Positions 42,380-60,155 of a stretch of DNA of 64,000 nucleotides are shown here, one piece after another. Position numbers and translations under genes: made by a program. Source of the DNA: the human T2T-CHM13v2.0 reference genome, Homo sapiens. The notes under the pieces are model-generated. The model was not told the DNA's origin. It made no database searches and saw only the letters and a program-made list of their open reading frames with translations. The stretch lies in the NCBI RefSeq assembly GCF_009914755.1, contig NC_060941.1. One strand, 5' to 3'. How positions within the stretch are numbered: the stretch's first letter is position 1; the number at the start of each line of letters is the position of its first letter.

Positions 42380-43560
42380 AGCCGATGGGAAGGGGTCTGT
42401 ACCGCGGGCGTGAGAGGACTCCGCAGTGACACGACCCGTAGCGAAGGTGCAAGAAATCCCAGAGGCGTAGAGCCCGGCGTTCGCCAAGAGCCTCTGCCCA
42501 CCCCAACCCCAGCTTCCACAGCCTGGGGTCAAGCGGGGCGCTCCAAGCTGGGGCTGGGGCAGCCTCTCTGGGGTACCACGACAGAGGGGCGAACGTGGGC
42601 GCCGCAGCCACGCCCCTGCCCCCGGGCCCCAGACAGGCAGTCGCCGGGTCGACCCCGGGGGTACCCCGTCCCCTGCTTCCCTCCCCTACAAATCTACGAG
42701 TCCTCGGAGATGCTCAGGCAGAGGTGGCCGAGGAGAGGCCGCGGGATAAGTACGCGGAGCGCCACCGCCCCGCACCTGCCGAGGAGACTTCGAGGTGCGA
42801 GGAGGGACCCCGGGGCGGCGCCTCTTTTGTCCTGCCGCGGCGGCGGCCCGGGCCCTGCGGGGCTGGGGGGGCCGGGGGGCGGCGGGAGAGCGGAGGGCGG
42901 GCCCTGGGCTCACGTGCTCGCTGCTCAGCTCTTAACCCGGCCCCGCCGCCCCGCCGGGATGGCCGCGGCCGGAGCGCGCTGAGCCCCGGCGCCGTCCCTG
43001 CCGCCCCCACCTCTCCGCGACCCCCGCCCGGCCCCGCGCCCCCGCCCCGGCTCCGCAGCTGGCGCCTCCCCACCCCCGTCCCTGCTCCCGCCCTCCCCGC
43101 GCCGCTGGCAGCCGCAGCCCCCGGACCGGGAGGAATGAGCGAGCCATGAGGCTGCTGCGGCGCTGGGCGTTCGCGGCTCTGCTGCTGTCGCTGCTCCCCA
43201 CGCCCGGTGAGTGACCCCCGCCCGGCCCCGGCGCCCCCTCCCTGCCCCCGCCCCGGGATGTGCGGCGCTTGCTGCTGCAGCCACCTTTTCCTGCAGTGCT
43301 CGGGGTGACAGCCGGTCCGGAGCGCGGGAGGGTAGGGGAGCGGGAGAGGAGGGAAGGTGCGTCCACCCACCTGTCCCCAGCTGGCCGGGCCCACCGCGTC
43401 CCTGCCCCTGCCGCCGACCGGCCAGCTCTGCAGGTCTCTGCGGGTTTGGGCGGATGGGGGGGCAGTCGTGACGGTTGGGCGGGAGTGAAGCTCCTGGCCC
43501 CCTCCCCGCGGGCTCTTGCCTCTGCAGGGCAGCCAGATCCTCCCACCCGGATCGCCCTAG
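42380..43560 (+). promoter_or_regulatory. ADAM11: ADAM11 CpG-island promoter
   Basis: Very high GC and CpG density around exon 1; GC boxes (GGGCGG at 42895, several CCCCGCC); E-box CACGTG at 42911-42916. Confidence 0.9.
43146..43206 (+). CDS. ADAM11: ADAM11 exon 1 (MRLLRRWAFAALLLSLLPTP; signal peptide)
   Basis: GCCATGA start, CCG|gtgagt donor. Confidence 0.96.
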
Positions 43561-43667
43561 GGCTCCAGGGGCCACACCAGAGTGGGGGATGAGGCATGCC
43601 CACCCCATTCCCAAGTCTTCTGCCCCAGGGTGGGCAGCTGCCTGCAGCCATGGCCTTGTTTCCCCAG

Positions 43668-43843
43668 GTCTTGGGACCCAAGGTCCTGCTGGAGCTCTGC
43701 GATGGGGGGGCTTACCCCAGCTGGGAGGCCCAGGAGCCCCTGAGGTCACGGAACCCAGCCGTCTGGTTAGGGAGAGCTCCGGGGGAGAGGTCCGAAAGCA
43801 GCAGCTGGACACAAGGGTCCGCCAGGAGCCACCAGGGGGCCCG
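43668..43843 (+). CDS. ADAM11: ADAM11 exon 2
   Basis: GLGTQGPAGA...QEPPGGP; GT-AG, 176 nt. Confidence 0.95.
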
Positions 43844-45762
43844 GTGAGTGGGGCTGGGTGGTGAGGCCAGGGGCTGAAGCAGGCCTCAGAGCCCCAGGAA
43901 GCCCACGGGGTAACCAGGGTTGGAGTCCCCCTCAGCAGCTGCCCCGCAGGGTCCCCTTCTGTACAGTGGGCTATCCGGTGGGTGCTGGAGCCCACTGGTG
44001 GGGAGCACCAGGCCTGCCCAGCCCCAGGGCCCCCTCCCATTATTGTAGGGTCCCCTGTCCTCAGTGTACAGGGACCACTAATGCCTAGGTCTCAGGTCTG
44101 CTTTGGGTCAGCCTTCCAATGGCCCCCTGCTCTGCTCTGGCCAAAGCTAGTTGTTCTGTTCAAAACAGGGCTTGGATGGGGCAAGTTGGGGGCAGGGAGA
44201 GGCAGCCCAGATTCCAGTCAGGGATTAGGGCTCTCAGGTTCTCACCACAGCCACCTTAGTGGGCTTTCTTGGAACAACTTAGTGCTTGCTCCTGCCTCAG
44301 TTTCCACACAGTGCCCAGATAGGCTTGTTGTTCTTCCTGTCCTGGCTGAAGGTGGGGCCTTGGAAAATAACTTGAGGCCCCAAGCCAGCTCTACCTGCCT
44401 GCCCACTGTCCCTTTCAGCTGCCAGGCCCCTCCTGCCTCCCAGAGGAAGGTTAGGCATGAAGGAGATTAATTGCAATTAATAATTAATTAATATCATGTG
44501 AATAATAATCACCCAGATGGAATATTCATTCAGCACACCCCAGCGCTCCAAGAGCTGGAGCTGAAAGTGAGCCAGGCCAACAGGGCAGCAGAGGGCAGGT
44601 TGGCTGGCAAAGGCCCGGCACAAACAGGAGGTATAGGGGGGAGACCCAGAAGAGGGGTACAACTGAGGCCTGGGAAGTTTTGGCAGCGGGGAGTGGTGGG
44701 AGGTAAATTGGGCTGGGCAGAGGGAGGAAGGAGGGAAACGGAGGCTAACATTACGGACATCTGTCAGACTGGCATCTGGCCCTGCCTAATGTACTTGGTT
44801 AAAAGCCCTTAAGGGAGGGGAGCAGAGGGGGATGCGGGGTGGTGCAGGGGTGGAGAATACTGATGAAATGGATGGAGCAGGAAGGGAGCATGCATAATAG
44901 ATGGACCATCACTCAGGGCCGTGCAGAGGGGCAGGGGGAGGGGGCTAATGGTCCAAGGCCCGCAGTCACTGGGGGTGGGGTGGGGGGTGGAAGCTGCCTT
45001 CAGCAACTGCCCAGGCTCCCTGGGAGGTGTGCAGTCCTAGGGCCGGGGATGGGGTGTCCTGGCCGCTGAGTCTGGCTGTCTTGCCTGGTGTCACTCCCTA
45101 CCTGTGAACTGTGCACCCCGTGGTTACACTGTGGGGGAACTGATGGTCTGCCCGACTGCTGGGACTCTGGCTTATGCTTTAAGGGATGTGCAGATTGAGT
45201 CATGGAGGGATGTCACCGCAGGGAAAGGGGACAGAGTTGAGGAAAAGCCTGGAGTCAGGTAGGGATGAAAAGTCAGGTATTCCAACTGGGCAGGTTGCTC
45301 CTTCAGCCTGACCCTTTCCGAACAGAGACAGAGGTGGCAAAGGGTAGGAGGTTCTGGGCTGTGGTGGTGTCTGCAGCTGCGTGGGAAGGTCAGGATGGGT
45401 GCAGTTGAACTGCTTGGGTTGGGGGTCTCTGTGTTGTTCTGCAGGTGAGTGAGTGCATGTGAGGTGTGTATGTGATCCACCGATTCCAGATACTTCTGAG
45501 GGGTGTCTGAGAGCCTGCGGGGAGGGAATGGAGTTCCATGGATCTGCCGGGCAGTGATTATCTCCAATTTTGGGGTCTCTCTGAGACTGAGACTTCCTAG
45601 GGCCCTCATGGCGACCTCCTCAAGGGACTTGTTTGGGGCCCTCTCTTATCTGTGCCTCAGTTTCCCCTGAGGTACCAAAGCTGTGGACTTCTATGGGCCA
45701 CTCTGCCAAGCTTTGTATGCACTCTACATCACTTATTTCTCACAACTCTGTAAGGCTTGTAA

Positions 45763-51320
<5,558 letters not shown>

Positions 51321-53659
51321 AACATTGGCCTAATGCTGGGCGGGCTTGGGGCGGTCTTGGGACTCTGTGCCAGCAGGAGTCCCCTCCCCACTCCCCAGGT
51401 GCCAGGGCCACAGAGATTCTGGGGACTGAGATAGGTTTGTGTGACCCATCTCTTCCCTCAGACCAGGGACAGGGTTGTGTCCCCGCATGGGGCCAGGCCA
51501 GGCAAACACCCCTTGGTATGTGGTCTCTTTCTTTCTCCTACCGCCTTTGGGGGCTCTCCCAGCCCCCTCCTGGGCCACCTCCAGCCAGGCCCAGCCCCCA
51601 GCCCCAGCTGCCCCGGCACTGCCCCAGGGGCTTATCTGGTCTGAGCCCTGTGTCCTGCTGGGCTCAGCTGCACCAGATGGGGAAGTGGTGAGAGCTCAGC
51701 AGGTGGCAGGAGGTGGTGGACAAGGAGGCTCTTAAGGTATCTGGCCTTCATCCCCCATCAGCTGGGGCTTTCCCCAGAGTGGGGACTGGCTTGGCCTCTG
51801 CAGAGAGGAAGCAGGCTTGATGGGGTGGCTCGCAGACCTCCTGAGTGAGGGAGATTCTGTTGGTGCCAGGGCAGACTCTGCTGGAATCTCCAGGCCCAGG
51901 ATGGTACCAATACGTAGCCAACCTCCTGGCCTCGCATCTGGGCTCATCTGACCATTTTCAGTGGGAAAATCTGAGGCACAGAGAGGTTGCTGGGTCATCC
52001 CTGGGGCTGCACGGTCAGAGAGCAGCATTGGGGCAAGGGGTCTGGCAGGCTGCTCCTCTAGGCAGCTGTGGAGGGGGCTGGCATAGGGGCTTGTTGGTGG
52101 GAGGCAGATAGAACAAGCAGGAACAGTCCCAGGGGCAGGGGAAGGCCAGGATGGTTCAGGCCATGGGCCGGGAAGAGGATGTGGCGACTCCTTGTCCTTG
52201 ACTTTCTATTTCGGGCTGATCAATGCTCTAGGGGCTCAGGATGGAATTGGGAGCCTTGGTCAGCCTGGAATAGGGTGAGTCGGTGTCCTTGGGGCGCAAA
52301 GGTCAGCCCACCCAGGCCCTGGCCGTTGGTGCCCCCCTTGCTCCTCTCCCAGGACCTCTCATGGACACTGGGCCCTCTTCCATTTTACTCCACCTTTGGG
52401 GTGAGACAGCCCTAGAAGCAGACTCCCTAGCTTCACCACTTTTTAGCTGTGTGACCTTGGGCAAGTTAGTCAGCCCCACTGTGCCTGTCTCCTTTCAGAT
52501 GGGAATGGCAGTAATCTATCCCATAGGGTTGCTGCGAAGATCAAACAGGGCAATACTCTTAGTGTTTAGACCAGGGCCCGGCACACAAGAAGTGCTCGGT
52601 AAAGATTAGCAGTGATGAGGTGGTTGAGGAGGAAGCCGACAAGGCACAGGCTATGGATTTCATGACCACAACCTTGGGGCTCTCTTCCTTCCTGCAACCT
52701 GCCGTCCCCACCACAAAGGCCAGGCAGCGAACAAAAGCCTCCCATTTGCAGGGCAGAGTGGGTGACCCTCATGTTGGGGTCTGGAGTCAGTCTTCTGGAA
52801 TGAACAAGGGGTGTGGAGAAGGCCCCAGCCCTGAGTCCTCTCAGCCCTTCCTGGGCCCTGCGGTTGCTGTGATCCAGGAGTCCTCAAGCGCCCAGGCCTG
52901 GGGGGCCGCCATCTTGCTCTGGCGTGGTGTGTTGCTGTGGCAACCTGGAGCCTCCAGCCCCACTGCACTCTGAAAAATTTATCAGGAAAACTTCCATGTT
53001 TAAAAATTAACCATGGGATTGAAATATTAAAGATGAGCTGCTTTGGGTGAGGCAGAGGGCAATGGATTTGGGGGTAGAGGAGCCAAGTCCTTACTCCCAA
53101 CAGGATGGCACCTGCCCGTCGCCCAGTTTCCAGGGGCCTAGCCATCCATTCCCACCCATTCGCCCCTGTCCGAGGCCTCCTATGTAGATGGAGGCTGGGG
53201 CCAGGGTAGGGGGACAGGCAGCGAGGGTCCTGCCTCCCATTTCCTGTTTGTCCCTTTCCCATGATACTCCTGGGGCCCTCCCGTTACTCTGCCTGATGGT
53301 GGGGTGCCCCTCACCAGCCAGGAGGGCATAATGAGGCAGAGGGCTGGCCGGGCTGCCCCTCTCCATCCCAGCTGCACCTGCAGCCCAGCCCCAGAGAGGA
53401 TGCACAGGTGCCCGGGCCCAGAGGGCAGAAAGGGGGCTGTGCCCAGGGCTGAGCACTCCTGCCTCTGCCCACTAGTAAAGGAGCAGGGTCGTGGAGGAAG
53501 AGGAGCTTGGACAAAGCATCTTGCCCCCAAATCAATGGTCCCCTCAGCTGCTAGGGCTGGCCACCCCCTCCCCAGGGCTACTGTTGCTCCCGGGATCCCC
53601 CCGACTCCCACCTTCAGGCCTCCCTGGGTTGACTCCCCCTCTGCCCTCCCCCCACCCAG

Positions 53660-53736
53660 CCTGTCCATCTGGCCCAGGTGAGTTTCGTCATCCCAGCCTT
53701 CAACTCAAACTTCACCCTGGACCTGGAGCTGAACCA
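53660..53736 (+). CDS. ADAM11: ADAM11 exon 3
   Basis: PVHLAQVSFVIPAFNSNFTLDLELNH; 77 nt. Confidence 0.95.
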
Positions 53737-53923
53737 GTGAGTGTGGCCTTGAGCCCAAGAGGAAGGGCAGTGGTGGGGCGGGGGAGACATGGCTAGGGCC
53801 TGGCTGCTGGGGGTCTGGGGGTTGGGCCTGGGCAGAGGGGACCTGGGTCCTGACCTGAGGCGAGCCTCAAGCCCGACCTCACCTCGCCCGTGACCCCCCT
53901 TCCTGCTGCCCCCTCTGTCTCAG

Positions 53924-53990
53924 CCACCTCCTCTCCTCGCAATACGTGGAGCGCCACTTCAGCCGGGAGGGGACAACCCAGCACAGCACC
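53924..53990 (+). CDS. ADAM11: ADAM11 exon 4
   Basis: HLLSSQYVERHFSREGTTQHST; 67 nt. Confidence 0.95.
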
Positions 53991-54788
53991 GTGAGTGCCA
54001 CTGCAGGGGACCGGGGCCGGGGATGGAAGGGAGGTGCTGTTTCTGTGGTTCTGTGGTCACAGGTGTAGGGACAGGTGGCCACTGGAGATGGGGTCCTGGG
54101 CCTGGCCCCTCAGCACCTTCCCTCTCTCCCGACCCAGGAGGCTCTGAGGGTGGACAGTGGGCAGCTTGAGTGCATAGGGCCCTGAAGTCCCCTCACTTGG
54201 CCCCAGAGCTCTGACCCCCAGCCAGCCCACGTGGGGCCTACAGGGACACTCGTTCCGAGCAGGCTGCCAGGAATCCCCCTCTCCAGACTCTTCTGAGAGG
54301 GACAGCTGAGGAAAGGCCCTTCTTACTCAATATCAAGGCCCCGAAAATCCCAGCTGCCTGGGACACTAGGGTCCCAGCCCTGAAGGCTCTAGAGCCTGAA
54401 AATGAATGAGTGTCTATAAATAGCCTGTCTCCCCCCCCCCGCCCCCACTGCCTGTTCAGTAACTGGAGCACAAGTAATTCTGCAGGAGGCAGAGCTGGAG
54501 CGGGAGGGTGCCACTGGTCCCCCCAGCCCCAACCCATGAGTCTGGCCAGGAGGACACATGCTGCCCATCACTCCTCAGCCAACCACAGGCCCAGGGGTGT
54601 CCTGGGAGGCAGTGCATGAGGTTGTGTGTGATGTTAGGGGCGAGTACATGATTAAATGAGGTAATATATGGTTAGTGCCAGAGCAGTGCTGGGTACATGG
54701 TAGGTGCTAAATAAATGTTGCCTGTTATTCTCAAAGGAGTCTGATCCCTTCCCCAGCCCCAGCAAATGGCTAAGAACCCTTGCTGTAC

Positions 54789-55279
<491 letters not shown>

Positions 55280-55525
55280 TCATTTTATAGATGACGTGAA
55301 GGAGGCCCAGAGGTTCCTAACCCCAGAGGGCTAGGAACTTGCCCAGGGTGGCACGGCAAATTAGGAGCACCAGCCATCTAGAAACAGGCTCCAGAGCCCC
55401 AGGCATACCCAGGGATTGTGGCCACCTGCACACAGGGCAGCTTCAGTGTCCCCCAAAAAGCCTTGAGGCCCATTGGCTGCCCCCGGCCTCATGCCAGCGT
55501 TCTGCTCACTGTTCTGCTCCTTCAG

Positions 55526-55611
55526 GGGGCTGGAGACCACTGCTACTACCAGGGGAAGCTCCGGGGGAACCCGCACTCCTTCGCCGCCCTCTCCACCTGC
55601 CAGGGGCTGCA
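55526..55611 (+). CDS. ADAM11: ADAM11 exon 5
   Basis: [28 protein letters not shown]; 86 nt. Confidence 0.96.
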
Positions 55612-55697
55612 GTGAGTATGGGGAGGGGCCGGGCAGCTGGGAGAAGCCTCTGGCCCAGGCCTGGGGACGGAGGGGAGCTGCGCCTCTCTCTCCACAG

Positions 55698-55773
55698 TGG
55701 GGTCTTCTCTGATGGGAACTTGACTTACATCGTGGAGCCCCAAGAGGTGGCTGGACCTTGGGGAGCCCCTCAG
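55698..55773 (+). CDS. ADAM11: ADAM11 exon 6
   Basis: GVFSDGNLTYIVEPQEVAGPWGAPQ; 76 nt. Confidence 0.96.
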
Positions 55774-56208
55774 GTAAGCCCCACACAACCCCTTGCCATC
55801 CTCTCTGGTGGCCCTGCCAAGCTTGTCCCAACAGCTGTTGCTGCCACCTCTTCCTCCTCCGGCTCCTCCCTCAGTAACCCCAGCCTCACTGCCCTCTTCA
55901 GTGACCCCAGCTCTGGTTCCCTCCCTCCTGTGCCCCAGCTCCCCCTGTGCCCCCAGCTCCAATGTCCCATCTGTCCCATAAGTGACCTCCCATTGGGCTC
56001 CAATGTCCTTTGCCCCTGTCTCTCAGGGTGCCCCCAGGTCTTGACCCCGGAATCTGAGCATCTGGGAGATCAGATCCGACATGGGAGCTGTGGCCAGTTC
56101 TGGGTCACCCCAGGGTGGGGTGGAGGCGAGGGCTGGATCTGGCCCCCGCCAAGTGGGCCTGGAGCAGGCCCAGTTGGCACCCCAAGAACTAATTTCCCCT
56201 CATTGCAG

Positions 56209-56275
56209 GGACCCCTTCCCCACCTCATTTACCGGACCCCTCTCCTCCCAGATCCCCTCGGATGCAGGGAACCAG
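56209..56275 (+). CDS. ADAM11: ADAM11 exon 7
   Basis: GPLPHLIYRTPLLPDPLGCREP; 67 nt. Confidence 0.95.
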
Positions 56276-56340
56276 GTAAGGGAGGGAAGGGGGGGTGGGG
56301 AGGGGCCGGCTGTGCCCCCCTCACCTGCCCCTCCCCACAG

Positions 56341-56408
56341 GCTGCCTGTTTGCTGTGCCTGCCCAGTCGGCTCCTCCAAACCGGCCGAGGCTGAGAAGGA
56401 AAAGGCAG
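56341..56408 (+). CDS. ADAM11: ADAM11 exon 8 (furin site RLRRKR)
   Basis: GCLFAVPAQSAPPNRPRLRRKRQ; 68 nt. Confidence 0.95.
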
Positions 56409-56798
56409 GTACGGGGGCCCGCACAGACCTCGGGCTGCAGAGACCTCGGGCTGCAGAGAGACCTCAGGCCGTGGCCCAGAGCAGGAGGGCACCCTCATCT
56501 ATGGCTGGGGCGAAGGAAGGCTCAGATGGATGTGGCTGGGGGCCAGGGACCGTGTCTGGGAGAAGCCCCCACCCCTTCCCTAATGCTGGCATCTACAGAG
56601 GCCCCATCCTGGGCAAACCGAGGCTGCCTGCCCTCATTCCAAAGCTGAGGAAGGACAGGACCCTCTGCCAGTGGGGAGCTGGCACTGTCCCTGGCTGGAG
56701 TCCAGACCCCCCCATCCCCACCGAGTCTGTTCCTGGCTTGGCCATGAGATCAGTCAGACATGGAAGGGACTGATTCCAAGTGCCCACCCACCCCCCAG

Positions 56799-56873
56799 GT
56801 CCGCCGGGGCCACCCTACAGTGCACAGTGAAACCAAGTATGTGGAGCTAATTGTGATCAACGACCACCAGCTG
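56799..56873 (+). CDS. ADAM11: ADAM11 exon 9
   Basis: VRRGHPTVHSETKYVELIVINDHQL; 75 nt. Confidence 0.96.
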
Positions 56874-56955
56874 GTGAGTGCCAGGGCAGGGACAGGGCGT
56901 GACACTGGGAGGCCCCTGAGGAGCCTGGCCCTCCTCCCATTCTTCTCTCTCCCAG

Positions 56956-57027
56956 TTCGAGCAGATGCGACAGTCGGTGGTCCTCACCAGCAACTTTGCC
57001 AAGTCCGTGGTGAACCTGGCCGATGTG
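56956..57027 (+). CDS. ADAM11: ADAM11 exon 10
   Basis: FEQMRQSVVLTSNFAKSVVNLADV; 72 nt. Confidence 0.96.
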
Positions 57028-57202
57028 GTAAGCAGCTCTCCCTCCCTCCCTTCCCTCCTCCTCATGCCCCCCACCCCACCACACACATTAGGGGGCACTG
57101 TCAGCCCCTGGCTCCCACTTCCTGGAGAGAACAGACAGGCCCTCCTCCAGCCCTGGCCCCAACACCCACTCCCACCCTCCAGCCCCCTCATCTTCTCCCC
57201 AG

Positions 57203-57369
57203 ATATACAAGGAGCAGCTCAACACTCGCATCGTCCTGGTTGCCATGGAAACATGGGCAGATGGGGACAAGATCCAGGTGCAGGATGACCTCCTGGAGAC
57301 CCTGGCCCGGCTCATGGTCTACCGACGGGAGGGTCTGCCTGAGCCCAGTGATGCCACCCACCTCTTCTC
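57203..57369 (+). CDS. ADAM11: ADAM11 exon 11
   Basis: IYKEQLNTRIVLVAMETW...SDATHLFS; 167 nt. Confidence 0.96.
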
Positions 57370-57756
57370 GTGAGTCCCCCACCCTGCACCTCCTGCCAGC
57401 CTCTGCTAGTTGCTACAGTGCTTGGGATTACTTAACACCTGCCCTGTGCTGGCTGCTCCTCTCAGAGTCTGGGGACTGGGCTCACCTTGCACCTGCCACC
57501 TACCCCCAGCCACATGCAACAGCTGGGCATCATCCCCTGAATCTGAGGTTGATGCCCTTGTCTTAGCCCTGGTGGTCCTCTTCTGCCTCTCACCTCCCCT
57601 TAGTTCTGTCTTTCCCCTTTCAAACTGTCCCAGCATCCCTTCCTCAGGGACCCAGTGCCCTAGTAGGGAAAAAAATCTAATAAAAGGGCCTTGCAACTAG
57701 AGATGGTCTACTGGGAGCCTCTCCTTTGCCTTATGGGCAAAAGAGCCCAAGGAGGG

Positions 57757-58104
<348 letters not shown>

Positions 58105-58242
58105 TCACCAAGGCTGATGTAAAGGGCCAGGCTCACCTCCTGAGGAAGGACTCTAGTGTGAGGGGCTCCCCAAGGCCCCACCACCACCCGGGGAGCCACA
58201 GGGGAGGGCAGGAAGCCATCCTGACAGCGCACTCCCTTCCAG

Positions 58243-58327
58243 GGGCAGGACCTTCCAGAGCACGAGCAGCGGGGCAGCCTACGTGGGGGGCATATGCTCC
58301 CTGTCCCATGGCGGGGGTGTGAACGAG
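58243..58327 (+). CDS. ADAM11: ADAM11 exon 12
   Basis: GRTFQSTSSGAAYVGGICSLSHGGGVNE; 85 nt. Confidence 0.96.
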
Positions 58328-58439
58328 GTGAGCAGTGGGGGGACATGGCTGGGGTGGCGGCTGAGGGAAAGGGGCTTCAGGGGCACGACGTGCCTGTTGG
58401 AAGATGTAGACATCTGTGCCCCATCTTCCCCACCCCCAG

Positions 58440-58530
58440 TACGGCAACATGGGGGCGATGGCCGTGACCCTTGCCCAGACGCTGGGACAGAACCTGGGCA
58501 TGATGTGGAACAAACACCGGAGCTCGGCAG
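58440..58530 (+). CDS. ADAM11: ADAM11 exon 13 (degenerate zinc-binding motif QTLGQNLGMMW)
   Basis: YGNMGAMAVTLAQTLGQNLGMMWNKHRSSA; 91 nt. Confidence 0.96.
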
Positions 58531-58645
58531 GTATCCTCCCCCAGAGGCCCCCGTGTGGCCCACGCCCAGCAGCTCTGGAACGGGAGGGTGACAGTGGGAG
58601 GGGTGGTCCTTGGCCTCCCTCATATCCGCCTGGCTCACCCCTCAG

Positions 58646-58697
58646 GGGACTGCAAGTGTCCAGACATCTGGCTGGGCTGCATCATGGAGGACACTGG
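58646..58697 (+). CDS. ADAM11: ADAM11 exon 14
   Basis: GDCKCPDIWLGCIMEDTG (Met-turn CIM); 52 nt. Confidence 0.95.
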
Positions 58698-59159
58698 GTG
58701 AGTTCTTGGGGACAAACCGGGGGAAGGTCTTGGGCGAGGGGAGTCTTAGAGCGAGCATTGTTTGGCAGTCTGGACCAGGGGGCTCAAGAGGCCCAGCTCA
58801 CAGAACCACTCAGGATCCCAAGAAGCCCAGTTTTCCGCAAACACTGCCCCGGGAGACCCAGATTTCCCTGCTGGGACACCAAAACCGGCCAGGCTGCAGT
58901 GCGCATCGTGGCCACTGGGCGCCGCCCAAGCCTCGCATGGAGACACCTTCCCTCCAGCGCGGCTGCGAGTCCCCAGGTTCAGCGGAGGGGATGGGAGCGA
59001 CAGGGACAGGCGGGAGGATTCTGGTGCAATCCCGGGGCAGATCCTCCGCCTCCTCGCGATGGTGACGAAGTCCCCCAGTGTACCCCCTCCCCAGCCTTGA
59101 GAGGGGTGAGGGTGGGTTGGAGGGGAGCAGCCAGCAGCACCTCCCCTCGCCCTATCCAG

Positions 59160-59259
59160 GTTCTACCTGCCCCGCAAGTTCTCTCGCTGCAGCATCGACG
59201 AGTACAACCAGTTTCTGCAGGAGGGTGGTGGCAGCTGCCTCTTCAACAAGCCCCTCAAG
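59160..59259 (+). CDS. ADAM11: ADAM11 exon 15
   Basis: [33 protein letters not shown]; 100 nt. Confidence 0.96.
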
Positions 59260-59341
59260 GTACCAGCCCCGCGGCGGGGAGCATGGGAGCGGGCCCTGGG
59301 CGGGGTCCGGGCCAGACTCCCGACCTGTCCTCCCGGTCCAG

Positions 59342-59413
59342 CTCCTGGACCCCCCAGAGTGCGGGAACGGCTTCGTGGAGGCAGGGGAGGAGTGCGACTG
59401 CGGCTCGGTGCAG
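59342..59413 (+). CDS. ADAM11: ADAM11 exon 16 (start of disintegrin domain)
   Basis: [24 protein letters not shown]; 72 nt. Confidence 0.97.
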
Positions 59414-59531
59414 GTGAGCGGTGGTGCGGGCGCCAGGTGGGGAACCGGGATGCGGGGGTGGGCACGAGGGAGCGTCTGAGTGGGAGGATTAGGGCTCGCC
59501 CGCCTCCTTCCCCTCCTCCCGCGTCCCTCAG

Positions 59532-59624
59532 GAGTGCAGCCGCGCAGGTGGCAACTGCTGCAAGAAATGCACCCTGACTCACGACGCCATGTGCAGCGAC
59601 GGGCTCTGCTGTCGCCGCTGCAAG
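59532..59624 (+). CDS. ADAM11: ADAM11 exon 17
   Basis: ECSRAGGNCCKKCTLTHDAMCSDGLCCRRCK; 93 nt. Confidence 0.96.
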
Positions 59625-60074
59625 GTAAGCAGGACCGGCCGGGAGGCGGGGCCAGGACGCAGGAGGAGCGATTGGAGGCCTTCATATAAGGGGTGGGAGC
59701 TAGGGAGGGAAGCGGAGCCTTCGGGGAGGAAGGCCTCTGGGGCAGGGCTTGATGCGAAGACAGCGCCAATGGGGAGCAAGGGGCGGGGCTGAAGGATGTT
59801 GAAGGCGGGGCTACGAGGAGCGGGACGGGAAGGCTGCCCAGAATCAAGGAGGGGCGGGAAGGTGGGCGGGCTTGGGGGCGGTGCTGAGTGCGCTGGGAGC
59901 GAGGTGGGGAGCGTTCAAGAGGTGGTGGGAGCAGGGAAATAAGAACAGGCCTGAAACGGGGCCCTGGGGAGCTGGAGGGCCCGGGGATGTGGGGGTCCAG
60001 AGAGCGGGGGGCCTGGGGAGGGCAGGGCCGAGGCATCCATCCTGCCTGACTCGAGGAGCGCGTCTCTTCCCTAG

Positions 60075-60155
60075 TACGAACCACGGGGTGTGTCCTGCCG
60101 AGAGGCCGTGAACGAGTGCGACATCGCGGAGACCTGCACCGGGGACTCTAGCCAG
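60075..60155 (+). CDS. ADAM11: ADAM11 exon 18 (disintegrin loop AVNECD)
   Basis: [27 protein letters not shown]; 81 nt. Confidence 0.96.

Noticed and set aside
43135-43146. uORF peptide MSEP equals the recalled N-terminus of DBF4B
   Set aside because: Four residues with no extended similarity; coincidence
42314-44040. Several 180-370 aa ORFs on both strands
   Set aside because: Stop-codon depletion within the CpG island
57679-57684. AATAAA in ADAM11 intron 11
   Set aside because: Isolated hexamer without a convincing downstream GU/U-rich element; cannot support intronic polyadenylation
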